Shown: piece after piece, positions 18,236 through 27,711 of the stretch
Layout of the letters: each line of letters starts with the position of its first letter
Position numbering within the stretch: position 1 is the stretch's first letter
Source of the DNA: a phage
Strand: one strand, 5' to 3'
NCBI GenBank assembly: GCA_012813795.1
Contig: GCA_012813795.1_4087.1
Length of the DNA: 64,000 nt
Made by a program: the position numbers and the translations under genes
The notes under the pieces: generated by a model
What the model saw: only the letters and a program-made list of their open reading frames with translations
The model's database searches: none
What the model was told of the DNA's origin: nothing

Positions 18236-20155
18236 TTAGTTTTGTTTCACCCCACCCCATTTTTCATAGATGGCAATAATTTTATCTATGTTGTTTGGTG
18301 TAGTTGTTTCAGTATACCCGTCTGGCATTTCTTGTTTAGTTAAAACACCTTTACCAAATCGTTTCTTACATTCTTTTTCAGCCTGTTTACAATCACCATC
18401 AGTATTAAAGAAGAATGTATGTGATGATACAACTTCAAATTTACAGCTTTTATTTTGGCTTTTATGTCGAGTACCTTTATTTTTTTCTATACCATATTTT
18501 ATTGCAATAGGGATGTCACCATCTTTAATTATATTAATATAAGCATATTGTTGGGTATATCCAACTTCATGTGAGTGTCCACTTTTACGGTCAACATGTG
18601 CATACGGTGTTGTAAAAAATTCACCATATTCGGGATGAATTATACACACATTAGTTGCTGTGTTAATATATTCTACTTTAGAATAATCATACAAATCACC
18701 ATGTACTTCTTTGGCTTTTTTAATGAAATCTTCTTTATTTTTAAATCGTAATCTACAGAATGGGTGTTGTCCCCCTTTTAAGTGGTGGTAAGGGGATGTG
18801 TGATATTCTCCATATTCTGGGTGGATAATACATACATGGTCATCAATACCAATATATTCTACTTTCGAATAATCATACAAATCACCATGTACTTCTTTGG
18901 CTTTTTTAATGAAATCTTCAGTGCACATTCGGGCTAAATCACTCCTTGATTTTACCCCACGAATTGGACAACCTTGCCCTGATAAATGAGATGATGGTGT
19001 TTGCCAAAATTCACCATACATAGGATCGATGATACATATTTTAGTATTACTGTTAATATATTCTACTTTCGAATAATCATACAAATCACCATGTACTTCT
19101 TTGGCTTTTTTAATGAAATCCAAAGTCGTTCCAGTCCTTTTGTTTTTTAATAATACTTTCGCACGTTTTGGATTATTGGCACCGTTTAAATGATTATTTG
19201 GTGTTTGCCAAAATTCACCATACATAGGATCGATGATACATATTTTAGTATTATTGTTAATATATTCTACTTTAGAATAATCATACAAATCACCATGTAC
19301 TTCTTTGGCTTTTTTAATGAAATCTTTTAATGTTAATTTTACATTTTTAGTTACAATATGCAAATTACATCCAGTTCTAGATAATAAATGATTAACAGGT
19401 GTAATTTCAAATTCACCATATTCATTATGAATCAATGTTACTTTTGTTCGGTAATCAACATAATTTATTTTTGAATAATCATATGTGTTTTTGAATTTCT
19501 CTTTAGATCTTTGTATAAATTCTTCTCTAGAAAGTTTTTGTTTTTCAGTTGTCTTTATTCTACCAGCTTTTGGATGTCCTTGTCCCTTCACATGACATTC
19601 TGGTGTTTGCTTAAATTCGCCAAATTCTGGATGAATTATTAAGACTTTAGTTTTGTAATCAACATAATTTATTTTTGAATAATCATATATGTTTCCATGT
19701 GTTTTTAATGCACGTTCTAAAAACATTTCCTTTGAAATTTTATTTTTTATATTTTTTTCTTTTAATTTATCCAAACCATGTTTTGGATGACCTACTCCGT
19801 TAAAATGATCTCCAACCAAAATCCAATGTTCACCATATACAGGATGAATGATACAAACTTTATTTTTGGAATTTACATAGTTTACTTTTGAATAATCATA
19901 CAAATCACCATGTACTTCACTAAATTTTTTCAATACACTTTCTTGTGTTAATTTTTTATTCTTCTTTCTGGATGGATTGTTTGAACCGTTCAAATGGTTA
20001 CCTGGAAGCATCCAAAATTCTTCATTACGTTCAATATCAATTATGCATATTTTTTGGGCGTGGTTTGTATATTCAACTTTAGAATAATCATACATGTCTC
20101 CATGTATTTTTTTAAATTCTGTAATAATACTTTCGGTTGACCACTTTTTACGCAT
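18236..20155 (-). CDS. tandem-repeat protein (8 repeats of about 55 aa, core HGDxYDYSKVxY...CIIHPxYGEF) with distinct C-terminal domain
   Basis: 639-aa ORF; repeats nearly identical at DNA level; function unknown. Confidence 0.7.
   Translation of the reverse strand: MRKKWSTESIITEFKKIHGDMYDYSKVEYTNHAQKICIIDIERNEEFWMLPGNHLNGSNNPSRKKNKKLTQESVLKKFSEVHGDLYDYSKVNYVNSKNKVCIIHPVYGEHWILVGDHFNGVGHPKHGLDKLKEKNIKNKISKEMFLERALKTHGNIYDYSKINYVDYKTKVLIIHPEFGEFKQTPECHVKGQGHPKAGRIKTTEKQKLSREEFIQRSKEKFKNTYDYSKINYVDYRTKVTLIHNEYGEFEITPVNHLLSRTGCNLHIVTKNVKLTLKDFIKKAKEVHGDLYDYSKVEYINNNTKICIIDPMYGEFWQTPNNHLNGANNPKRAKVLLKNKRTGTTLDFIKKAKEVHGDLYDYSKVEYINSNTKICIIDPMYGEFWQTPSSHLSGQGCPIRGVKSRSDLARMCTEDFIKKAKEVHGDLYDYSKVEYIGIDDHVCIIHPEYGEYHTSPYHHLKGGQHPFCRLRFKNKEDFIKKAKEVHGDLYDYSKVEYINTATNVCIIHPEYGEFFTTPYAHVDRKSGHSHEVGYTQQYAYINIIKDGDIPIAIKYGIEKNKGTRHKSQNKSCKFEVVSSHTFFFNTDGDCKQAEKECKKRFGKGVLTKQEMPDGYTETTTPNNIDKIIAIYEKWGGVKQN
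18640..20140 (-). repeat. intragenic tandem DNA repeats (about 165-bp units)
   Basis: ttctactttcgaataatcatacaaatcaccatgtacttctttggcttttttaatgaaatc recurs several times. Confidence 0.6.
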
Positions 20156-20384
20156 TACTTAAAACTCCTTTCCAGTACTGAACCCGTCCAGCACCATTAA
20201 TCTTAGCCTGAATCTTATCTTTTTCGACAAGACCTTCTTTGTAATCTATGGACGTATTATCGCACTGAATTACATCTAAGTCAAGTACTTCTTGTGTACT
20301 TAATGAAGTATTGTCTGCAATTTGTTGTAAAGTAATTATATCAGTACCGAAGAATTCTGCTAAACGTATAAAAGATAGTTTCAT
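20148..20384 (-). CDS. hypothetical protein
   Basis: 78 aa; GAGG RBS; downstream of module A2. Confidence 0.55.
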   Translation of the reverse strand: MKLSFIRLAEFFGTDIITLQQIADNTSLSTQEVLDLDVIQCDNTSIDYKEGLVEKDKIQAKINGAGRVQYWKGVLSNA

Positions 20385-20410
20385 GTATTACCTCTTGAGT
20401 TGATGAAATG

Positions 20411-20443
20411 ATTATAGCAAAAAGGGCTGACCGAAGTCAACCC
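20411..20443 (-). promoter_or_regulatory. family-A module (hairpin + TTGACT-N18-TATAAT)
   Basis: revcomp GGGTTGAC-ttcg-GTCAGCCC-tttttgc-TATAAT. Confidence 0.65.
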
Positions 20444-20449
20444 CTTATA

Positions 20450-20677
20450 TCATTTATTGTTGTATTCATACCAACACAGTTTAATATTATATACCAAATC
20501 CTCATAATCACTACATTGCACTATCCATGAATATTTTTCGTCAAATGTATATTTGGGTGAATTAATCATCCATCTTATAGATGCTTTTGTTTTATCAGGA
20601 TTAAATTTATACGTTTCGCGTGACTTGTATGAATCAAGCTTCGCAATCGCATATTTTTTGAATTCTTCATCATTCAT
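20450..20677 (-). CDS. hypothetical protein
   Basis: 75 aa; ATGA overlap with denV stop. Confidence 0.5.
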   Translation of the reverse strand: MNDEEFKKYAIAKLDSYKSRETYKFNPDKTKASIRWMINSPKYTFDEKYSWIVQCSDYEDLVYNIKLCWYEYNNK

Positions 20678-21111
20678 TGTATCATATCAACATAATATAT
20701 AGGTAGCTCAACATCAGTAAACTTATACCACTTAGACTTCATCTGAAGCTTCTCAATCAAACGCTCGCGTGATGTTTTAATCTCGGACTCCGATGGTACG
20801 TAGTCATTACAAAACTCAGCAGGGAAGCCGCTAATGTCGTTTACTTCAGTGTTTTGAATCTTCATACCACGACGCAAACATTCGTTAACAATATCAATAT
20901 GACGCTTCTGTAAGTACAGTAACTTGTCGTAGAAGAATGTTACATGACCTGAACCTAACAGATAAGTACTGTTAATTTTGAAATCACGTACACGCTTACG
21001 TGCTTGAACATGTTTTTGTACAGCACCAAATACACGTGGGAGTTCACGGTATTCAGCCATCAGGTGTTGGTCGGCAAGTTCGTTAACGTGTACTAAGTTA
21101 ATGCGTGTCAT
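20674..21111 (-). CDS. denV: pyrimidine-dimer DNA glycosylase (T4 endonuclease V family)
   Basis: N-terminus [31 protein letters not shown]...[10 protein letters not shown] recalled as near-identical to T4 EndoV incl. Thr2, Arg22, Glu23, Arg26; GAGGA RBS. Confidence 0.85.
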   Translation of the reverse strand: MTRINLVHVNELADQHLMAEYRELPRVFGAVQKHVQARKRVRDFKINSTYLLGSGHVTFFYDKLLYLQKRHIDIVNECLRRGMKIQNTEVNDISGFPAEFCNDYVPSESEIKTSRERLIEKLQMKSKWYKFTDVELPIYYVDMIQ

Positions 21112-21139
21112 GTATTCATCCTCTCGTTTCGATGAAATG

Positions 21140-21172
21140 ATTATAGCAAAAAGGGCTGACCGAAGTCAACCC
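21140..21172 (-). promoter_or_regulatory. family-A module (hairpin + TTGACT-N18-TATAAT)
   Basis: same element as 20411..20443, upstream of denV. Confidence 0.65.
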
Positions 21173-21185
21173 AAATTTAACGAAT

Positions 21186-21752
21186 TTATTTAATGTGATT
21201 TGCAACATCTTTTGCAAGCTGAATTGATACATCATCCCAGGCTTTTTCCAAGATATATGTCAATGAATTTGCACCAATAGTTGGATCTTTTAGATAAGAT
21301 GTGTATGTATTCTCCCATACTTGTTCTTTATATGTAATACGCACTTTTAATGTTGCACCACCAACATCCATACCAGGAGTGATGTTAAAAATTCCAGCAC
21401 TGTATTCGAACTTACTTTTAGCATCAAGTACTTCAATAATAAGTGGTGTTCCATTTATGTTAAGTGTTGCGTATTGTGCAATTGCTTCTTCAACACGACT
21501 ACTGATTGCAACACCTGTTGGAATACGTGTACGCGATCCACCACCAACAAACCCAGAAGCACCTTGAATATCGATGCGACTAACAAATGTATTTGGTTCC
21601 CACACAATATTAACAGTTGGATTACCAACATCAACTGATTTCATTAATGTGACGTTTTTATAATCCAAACGATTATTAAATGGTAAATTTATAGTACATC
21701 CAGACAATATTGTAACAGTAGATAGTACTAAAATAATTAGTAGTTTTTTCAT
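21186..21752 (-). CDS. putative lipoprotein
   Basis: MKKLLIILVLSTVTILSGC signal peptide with lipobox. Confidence 0.65.
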   Translation of the reverse strand: MKKLLIILVLSTVTILSGCTINLPFNNRLDYKNVTLMKSVDVGNPTVNIVWEPNTFVSRIDIQGASGFVGGGSRTRIPTGVAISSRVEEAIAQYATLNINGTPLIIEVLDAKSKFEYSAGIFNITPGMDVGGATLKVRITYKEQVWENTYTSYLKDPTIGANSLTYILEKAWDDVSIQLAKDVANHIK

Positions 21753-21837
21753 TTCACATTATCCTCGTAAAATATATTAAATGGTAGTACATACTAATGT
21801 AACAAATGCAACGATTAAAACAATTTCCATAAACTTA

Positions 21838-22209
21838 TCAATCTCCATAATCAAGTTTAACTAACTTACCATTCAAATATCCAAAGTTTTCTGGCTTCGC
21901 ATCTGAATAGAAGAAGTCAGTACTTAACTCTGAATCCAATGCTAAAGCACACAACTCCACCCAAAATAAACCCCTATGTTGTACTGGCTTACAACGTTTC
22001 TGTACTGTTATTAAGCCAGTACGCGATGACCACAGAGTAGGACATATCCCACTGTCACTACGCTTGGAGTACTGCATCCATGAGCGTTCATTGAGGTTAG
22101 CTATCATTCCAGTTAGGAATAACTTCCAGCTTTTGAAGGTTGGAATCTTGATAGCATAATCCCCAATGAGGATAACTGTTCTTGTTGCACCTTTCAAATC
22201 TATATTCAT
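21838..22209 (-). CDS. truncated protein-kinase-like protein
   Basis: YAIKIP (beta3 Lys-like) and DAKPENFGYLNGKLVKLDYGD (catalytic loop + DFG-like) at kinase-like spacing; ORF ends right after DYG. Confidence 0.45.
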   Translation of the reverse strand: MNIDLKGATRTVILIGDYAIKIPTFKSWKLFLTGMIANLNERSWMQYSKRSDSGICPTLWSSRTGLITVQKRCKPVQHRGLFWVELCALALDSELSTDFFYSDAKPENFGYLNGKLVKLDYGD

Positions 22210-22219
22210 ATTTTTTTAA

Positions 22220-22471
22220 TTATAAGAACACAAACCAAGTCCAGAATAAATTCCACACTACAAATAAAGACATAGTGGTTTTATGTACAATATCAGCAGT
22301 ACTGGTCCATCCTCCACCGTGTCCTATTCCATTTATGAATAGAACTAAGAACAAGATACCATTTACTACAATAGTACATACTAAGTACACAAACACATTC
22401 CATGCAAGTTCAGGGGATACTAAAGTAAATGGTAAAACAATTAGTAGTATTAGAACTAATAATATTTTCAT
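22220..22471 (-). CDS. small membrane protein
   Basis: 83 aa hydrophobic; GTGAGG RBS. Confidence 0.55.
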   Translation of the reverse strand: MKILLVLILLIVLPFTLVSPELAWNVFVYLVCTIVVNGILFLVLFINGIGHGGGWTSTADIVHKTTMSLFVVWNLFWTWFVFL

Positions 22472-22510
22472 TTATCGCCTCACTTAATTAACGTGACATA
22501 TCACGTAATA

Positions 22511-22687
22511 TTAGTACGAATCAGATTCCCAGTACTCGATTGCTTCTTTCAGCAATTCGTTAGCACGTTGTTTTGCAACACGAGCGGGTAACTGATATGT
22601 GTACATTAACTGACGCTTTACTTCATTTAATGAACACTGTTCATGATATAGGGCATCCATCAGTCGATTGCGAGTACGTAGTTTCAT
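22511..22687 (-). CDS. hypothetical small protein (58 aa, below track cutoff)
   Basis: ATG with AAGGA RBS; no internal stops; fills gap between neighbours. Confidence 0.45.
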   Translation of the reverse strand: MKLRTRNRLMDALYHEQCSLNEVKRQLMYTYQLPARVAKQRANELLKEAIEYWESDSY

Positions 22688-22698
22688 ATAAGTTATCC

Positions 22699-23253
22699 TT
22701 ATTTCAAAGAATCATAGTAAGCAGTGTCAAAGATTGGAGTCATCATAACATAGTCAATACGGTCAATGTAAGTTGAACTCCACATTTCAGGTTTATCATA
22801 TAAATGACGTTCACGTTCATTTATAATAGTTAATACTTCTTCCAATTTACTACGTGAAGCCATCAAAGTATCACGGGAGCCATAAGTGAAGTACTCAGTC
22901 CATTGATATTCATATGCAGTATAGATGGATTGAATAGTTCCATCTTTGAAATGAGCTAAGGCATAACCTTTCTCTACAAAGTTATCAGGTGGAAGAACTT
23001 CATCTGGATTAGTTGTTAGTGCTTCTGCTAACTTTTCTTTAATTTCAGTTAACGTGCACACTGAACGAATGTTCTTCAGGTTTGATACTTGAAAATCACT
23101 GTACTTCCCAAAGAAAAAGACACGCCAATCTTTAGGTTCATTATCAGATACTGTAGCATTAGGATGATGGGCGAGTAAACGAAGAAGGCCAGCTTTGTGA
23201 CCGTTAATGTAGATTTCATGGATGTGGTTGGCAGTTTTCTTAAAAGTAATCAT
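22699..23253 (-). CDS. hypothetical protein
   Basis: 184 aa; downstream of promoter 23301..23328. Confidence 0.6.
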   Translation of the reverse strand: MITFKKTANHIHEIYINGHKAGLLRLLAHHPNATVSDNEPKDWRVFFFGKYSDFQVSNLKNIRSVCTLTEIKEKLAEALTTNPDEVLPPDNFVEKGYALAHFKDGTIQSIYTAYEYQWTEYFTYGSRDTLMASRSKLEEVLTIINERERHLYDKPEMWSSTYIDRIDYVMMTPIFDTAYYDSLK

Positions 23254-23300
23254 GGTAGTTCCTCGATTGTAGGGATGAGAAGTTCATCCCCTTGATAAAC

Positions 23301-23328
23301 ATTATACAGTACTAGTTGAGTTTGTCAA
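23301..23328 (-). promoter_or_regulatory. family-B promoter TTGACA-N16-(CAGTACTG)TATAAT
   Basis: revcomp of tgtcaa 23323-23328 and attata 23301-23306; GC hairpin in 5' leader. Confidence 0.6.
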
Positions 23329-23338
23329 ATACTTTTCA

Positions 23339-23677
23339 TCAACGCTCTGGTAATTTGTCTCGGAGTTTCTCAAGTTTCATAATCAAAGAGAAGAGTCCCC
23401 ACGCGAAAAACCAAACTACAGTCCCAAAAACAACAAAGAATGTTGATAGTGTGCACATCATTCCACCAGTACTTTGGATACCAGTTAGCAGTACTTCACC
23501 CACTGCCATAGTTAAGAATACAAATGCGAAGAAGTGAATTGGTGCATCATCCCAATAGCGTTTGTAGAATGTATTGTATCGGAAGAATAATAAAATATAC
23601 CCAAGCATATAGTACATCCATCCGATACCCGATAAAACAAACGATATCATGTTTAATTCATACATATAATCATTCAT
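23339..23677 (-). CDS. small membrane protein (start uncertain)
   Basis: hydrophobic; several in-frame Met near upstream stop. Confidence 0.5.
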   Translation of the reverse strand: MNDYMYELNMISFVLSGIGWMYYMLGYILLFFRYNTFYKRYWDDAPIHFFAFVFLTMAVGEVLLTGIQSTGGMMCTLSTFFVVFGTVVWFFAWGLFSLIMKLEKLRDKLPER

Positions 23678-23930
23678 TATCAGGTTCATCACAGTTCATA
23701 AGAGCGTTACGGGCAATCCTTGCGGATTGTGCCAGGGACAATACACTCTCCAGTGTAGCAACACTGTAAGAGTTAGATCCAATGGTAATCAGAAGAGATT
23801 GTGAATTATCAACGTCAATATAACCAACTTCAACGCGTTGTGGAGGACCATCGTTCAGTACATAGTTAGTGTCATGTTCAACACGAGCAAGACGGATTTG
23901 TGTAAACATTTTCAATTCAGGGTTTTGCAT
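23670..23930 (-). CDS. hypothetical protein
   Basis: 86 aa. Confidence 0.5.
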   Translation of the reverse strand: MQNPELKMFTQIRLARVEHDTNYVLNDGPPQRVEVGYIDVDNSQSLLITIGSNSYSVATLESVLSLAQSARIARNALMNCDEPDNE

Positions 23931-23943
23931 TAGATATCTCCAG

Positions 23944-24219
23944 TTATAAAAGTTCTAAGAATAATTTATTACATGCATCTTTATGTTTCAAATAATATAG
24001 ATAATAAAGATTCGGTTCACCGTTCTTCGATGAAAGATCAAAGTAATTTAAATTTCGAACATGAACCATAAAGCAAATTAATTCTTTTGCACCAACCTCC
24101 CCATACTTCACGATAAGTTCATCTAAGTGGATGTAACTTTTAGAGTCTTTCAGTTCTTCAATATCACTTAAAATTTCTTCATAACGCATTGAGCCAACTA
24201 AACGTTCGTATGTGTTCAT
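23944..24219 (-). CDS. hypothetical protein
   Basis: 91 aa; AAAGGAG RBS; downstream of module A4. Confidence 0.6.
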   Translation of the reverse strand: MNTYERLVGSMRYEEILSDIEELKDSKSYIHLDELIVKYGEVGAKELICFMVHVRNLNYFDLSSKNGEPNLYYLYYLKHKDACNKLFLELL

Positions 24220-24247
24220 AGAGTTTCTCCTTTTAGGTTATGAGAGT

Positions 24248-24280
24248 ATTATAGCAAAAAAGGCTGACCGAAGTCAACCT
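24248..24280 (-). promoter_or_regulatory. family-A module (hairpin + TTGACT-N18-TATAAT)
   Basis: revcomp AGGTTGAC-ttcg-GTCAGCCT-tttttgc-TATAAT. Confidence 0.65.
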
Positions 24281-24288
24281 CTTTTTTA

Positions 24289-25839
24289 TCATTTACCGTA
24301 CTTGTGCATGATATCCTTTTCCCAATCAGTTACGTTACCATTTTCGTAATCCTGGAAAGAGTTATCAAGCGTGTTCAATGCGTACTCATATGCTTCTGGT
24401 GAATCGATATCAACATCGTCTGCACCATTCACTAGGTCGTTCCATGCCTTTTGTAGTTTACGGGCATTGTTATCAACCTTATGTTTAATCCAACTAATAT
24501 TGCTGTTAATGCTCTTAGGATCTGCACCAGCTTTCTTGCCAATTTCAGCAATCCACATCATTAGCTTTTGTAGTTCATGAATTGACTTATCAGTCATTTT
24601 ACGACCTTTAGCCAATTCAGCGTCCATTTCTGAAGTGTTTGCTTCACCATTAGAACCAACATTAATACCATTTTTAGCAAGAAGTTTACCTAGTTCAAAG
24701 AATGCTGCTTCTGCTGGGAAATCATATCCTTTGTCTTGGTAGTTGTTCCATGCACTATCAAACTCATCTACAAAACTATTTGCATATTGTGGATTATCGA
24801 CTAATGCTTTGTACACAGCCATAGCATGTTCAAAACCTTCTTTGTCTGAACCAAATTCTTGCATATCAGGACGATGAATGTAACCATCCATATCAACTGT
24901 ATCCGGTAAATCACCATAGTCTGGTTCAGCGTCCTTCTGGTCAACAGCACCTTCTTCATCTTTGCGAAGGAGATATCCATCAGGAGTTACTTTCTCACCG
25001 TGTTCAGCTTCATACTTCTTCATTGCACCGAATACTGCATTCATTGCAGTAATGAAGCGAGATTTCTCACCAGGTTTATATGATTCTAATGCTTTCTTCA
25101 ACGCATCTGCTGCAAGTTTAATCTTTTCATCTTTACCTTCAAGACGATTTTGTAACTTAGCTTGTACATTCTTAACTTGTTGTGCATTAGTCTTATCTTC
25201 TGCACCAATTTTTCCAAATGTAGAAACGATTGAGTCAAGATTTGCTACTTCTTGTGCAGGTTCATCAAACTCAATATCATCATCAGCCTGTGGCTTACCT
25301 TCAAGTGCACGCATGATAGTACTGAATACTTCAACAGGATTATTGCTACTATTACCTTCCATACTATCAAGAACAGCTTGTGCTTTATCTTTGAGTTGTT
25401 CTTTAGGAACCGCTTGAAGTGCTTTTACGATACCTTGAATTAGTTGTGGTTTGTTAGCAAAGATCTTCCCAAGTTTATCACTTAACTCTTTGACAGGGTT
25501 AGCAGCTTTAGGTTGTGCAGGGGCTTCTGGTGCTGCTTTAGGTTGTTCTTGTGCATTATCCAGTGCAGCCAATTGTTGCTTCTGCTGTGGGTTCAAAAGG
25601 CCAAGACTGTTGAAGTACTTCAATTTTTCATACTGGGACATGTTTGAAGTATCAAGACCCTGTGATGCAACTGTGTTTGCTTTCCCAGCTTCTCCCGTTC
25701 CTTGGTTGCGAGAACCACGGGAACCTTGACCTGCGTCATGACTTGATTGGCGGCGATTTTTTTCAGCCCATTTCTCCGAATGTCCAGAAAGTGTTGCCCC
25801 ACTTTTTGATTTAAAATTATCTGGCATTTTTTTCTCCAT
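24289..25839 (-). CDS. large acidic/Lys-rich hypothetical protein (516 aa)
   Basis: long ORF; GGAG RBS; low-complexity Q/K/A/E-rich N-terminal half. Confidence 0.65.
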   Translation of the reverse strand: MEKKMPDNFKSKSGATLSGHSEKWAEKNRRQSSHDAGQGSRGSRNQGTGEAGKANTVASQGLDTSNMSQYEKLKYFNSLGLLNPQQKQQLAALDNAQEQPKAAPEAPAQPKAANPVKELSDKLGKIFANKPQLIQGIVKALQAVPKEQLKDKAQAVLDSMEGNSSNNPVEVFSTIMRALEGKPQADDDIEFDEPAQEVANLDSIVSTFGKIGAEDKTNAQQVKNVQAKLQNRLEGKDEKIKLAADALKKALESYKPGEKSRFITAMNAVFGAMKKYEAEHGEKVTPDGYLLRKDEEGAVDQKDAEPDYGDLPDTVDMDGYIHRPDMQEFGSDKEGFEHAMAVYKALVDNPQYANSFVDEFDSAWNNYQDKGYDFPAEAAFFELGKLLAKNGINVGSNGEANTSEMDAELAKGRKMTDKSIHELQKLMMWIAEIGKKAGADPKSINSNISWIKHKVDNNARKLQKAWNDLVNGADDVDIDSPEAYEYALNTLDNSFQDYENGNVTDWEKDIMHKYGK

Positions 25840-25873
25840 AGATTATTAAATGTTACCTCTATGTCATATTTAT

Positions 25874-25906
25874 AGAATAGCAAAAAGGGTCAACAAAAGT
25901 CAACCC
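25874..25906 (-). promoter_or_regulatory. family-A module variant (hairpin + TTGACT, weak -10 TATTCT)
   Basis: GGGTTGAC-tttt-GTTGACCC then tttttgctattct. Confidence 0.5.
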
Positions 25907-25910
25907 TTTT

Positions 25911-26138
25911 TTAATATGAAGTATTGTTCAAGAATGTAACTTTTGCACACGATATCTCAAATGACATATAACGTGTCATATCTCGAAATTCATTTTCTAT
26001 GCATTGTAACAGTACTTCAACTTCATTTTCACCAATGTAATACTCATCTCTGACGAATATCTCACTGGTGTATTTCTCACTACTAATACTTTTCTCTCTT
26101 ACGTTAAGTAGGTATTCAATTTTATACCTTTTCATCAC
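25911..26138 (-). CDS. hypothetical protein
   Basis: 75 aa; ATGA overlap. Confidence 0.5.
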   Translation of the reverse strand: MMKRYKIEYLLNVREKSISSEKYTSEIFVRDEYYIGENEVEVLLQCIENEFRDMTRYMSFEISCAKVTFLNNTSY

Positions 26139-26566
26139 AACTCCGATGAGAATATAAATCCTTTCATATCCTCTTTAGTTAGGGAAAGTTCTGGAATGTA
26201 CTTTAAAATAATGCACTTAGGTTTAGCTAATGCAGCTTGCAGTACTGAATCAACTAAAGGACGCAGTACATCTGCACTGTAGTTCTTATTCTCAATGTTG
26301 AATATCTTATTCTTCACATCTGCACCTGGTAGCTTATTGATACCTTCAAAGATCTTATGCATTACATCTTCTTCAGTACTGATATATGCCCATGCAGGTA
26401 ATGGTAGGCACTCAATTACCTGACCGAGTTCATCCATAACTGCAATACTGCGAACACAGGCAGAACTCATGAACAAACGCCCACGAACAAAGGTATCAGT
26501 TTCCAGATTAACAAATGCAAAGATATCGATTTCATTAAGTTCAGTACTATTAACGTTAACCCACAT
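26135..26566 (-). CDS. hypothetical protein
   Basis: 143 aa. Confidence 0.55.
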   Translation of the reverse strand: MWVNVNSTELNEIDIFAFVNLETDTFVRGRLFMSSACVRSIAVMDELGQVIECLPLPAWAYISTEEDVMHKIFEGINKLPGADVKNKIFNIENKNYSADVLRPLVDSVLQAALAKPKCIILKYIPELSLTKEDMKGFIFSSEL

Positions 26567-26577
26567 ATTTTTTCCTG

Positions 26578-27156
26578 TTATAGATCACGGACAATATTCA
26601 TCAAACAAGTCTTAGGTTTGATACATTTGAAGAAGTACACCATCGTCTTATATTGTTTAATTATATCATCCAAATTTGGCGTTAGCAAGCTTTCTTGAAA
26701 ATATTCTTCTTCGCTCAAGTTTGGGAGGTCTTTCACGTCACAATTCAACTCAATAATATTAGAACTTGTGGTATACTCATCGATAGTTTTAAGTTGAACA
26801 ATCTCCCACTCAAATATACCAGCACTCAATGTACCGATAATACGAATACGTTCCGGCTTATCAGATGCATCTCTGCAATAGATACGTATAAACCCAGTAC
26901 CGTATCGTCTGTAATCATCTATCGTAATGTCCAGACCATCGTATACGAAGGATACTGAAATAATATTTTCAGTTGGATGTGCATCTTTCCCTGTACTATT
27001 GTTAGTACTTATATATCTAATATCAATCTTGTTAGATACTATCTTTCTACTCAGGGCAGAAAGTTTATTGTGTGCTTTGATAAAACCTAAGCATATATCA
27101 TTGAACCTTCCACTTTTATTCTTCTTTGATACTTTAAACTTACCTTTACGGTTCAT
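26578..27156 (-). CDS. EExYFQ-motif family protein
   Basis: 192 aa with EEEYFQES; -10 of module A6 only 8 nt from ATG (possibly leaderless). Confidence 0.55.
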   Translation of the reverse strand: MNRKGKFKVSKKNKSGRFNDICLGFIKAHNKLSALSRKIVSNKIDIRYISTNNSTGKDAHPTENIISVSFVYDGLDITIDDYRRYGTGFIRIYCRDASDKPERIRIIGTLSAGIFEWEIVQLKTIDEYTTSSNIIELNCDVKDLPNLSEEEYFQESLLTPNLDDIIKQYKTMVYFFKCIKPKTCLMNIVRDL

Positions 27157-27164
27157 AAGTCACC

Positions 27165-27195
27165 ATTATACAAAAGGGCTGACTTATGTCAACCC
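27165..27195 (-). promoter_or_regulatory. family-A module (hairpin + TTGACA-N17-TATAAT)
   Basis: revcomp GGGTTGAC-ataa-GTCAGCCC-ttttg-TATAAT. Confidence 0.6.
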
Positions 27196-27201
27196 CGTAG
27201 T

Positions 27202-27426
27202 TTAATATCTTTTTACTTCACATGGTACATATGGTTTGTACAAAATGATTATATCATTCACAAGGAAAATCACTGTTCCTCTATCATTGTGTATTGCCAT
27301 CTTAACCGACTTACCCTGATATGTCTCTGTGTAGCCACCGCTAACGTTTGTACACTTCACAAAGTACTTGATTCTGGCTTGTACTATTGTGCTCACAAAC
27401 ATTAATGCCACCAGCATGTATTTCAT
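27202..27426 (-). CDS. small secreted protein (signal peptide)
   Basis: MKYMLVALMFVSTIVQA signal-like N-terminus. Confidence 0.5.
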   Translation of the reverse strand: MKYMLVALMFVSTIVQARIKYFVKCTNVSGGYTETYQGKSVKMAIHNDRGTVIFLVNDIIILYKPYVPCEVKRY

Positions 27427-27447
27427 TTACTCGTGTCCATCAGACTA

Positions 27448-27711
27448 TTAGAATTGAATAGCAATACCTTTAGATGTAATTTCAAACGTACAGTTGTAGC
27501 GAGCCGCCATATCAATATACATATGTTCAGAATACCACGGAACGTTGATATCCGGTTGATTATCATATACCAGGCAGTCATTGTCACCAATGTGCTCGAC
27601 TTTAAATGGGACACCCATTTCAGTTAAAAACAACTCAGCACCTGGTGTGCGACGAAGGAACTCCACATCATCACGCAGACGAAAACCATGATAGTTCAAT
27701 TTCAGTTTCAT
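27448..27711 (-). CDS. hypothetical protein
   Basis: 87 aa. Confidence 0.5.
   Translation of the reverse strand: MKLKLNYHGFRLRDDVEFLRRTPGAELFLTEMGVPFKVEHIGDNDCLVYDNQPDINVPWYSEHMYIDMAARYNCTFEITSKGIAIQF

Noticed and set aside
25620-25883. Minus-strand ORF 25620..25883 (and 27423..27614, 34920..35111, 32406..32591, 43102..43284, 55699..55890)
   Set aside because: Out-of-frame overlaps with better-supported genes on the same strand (for example across the start of 24289..25839 and through its promoter module).
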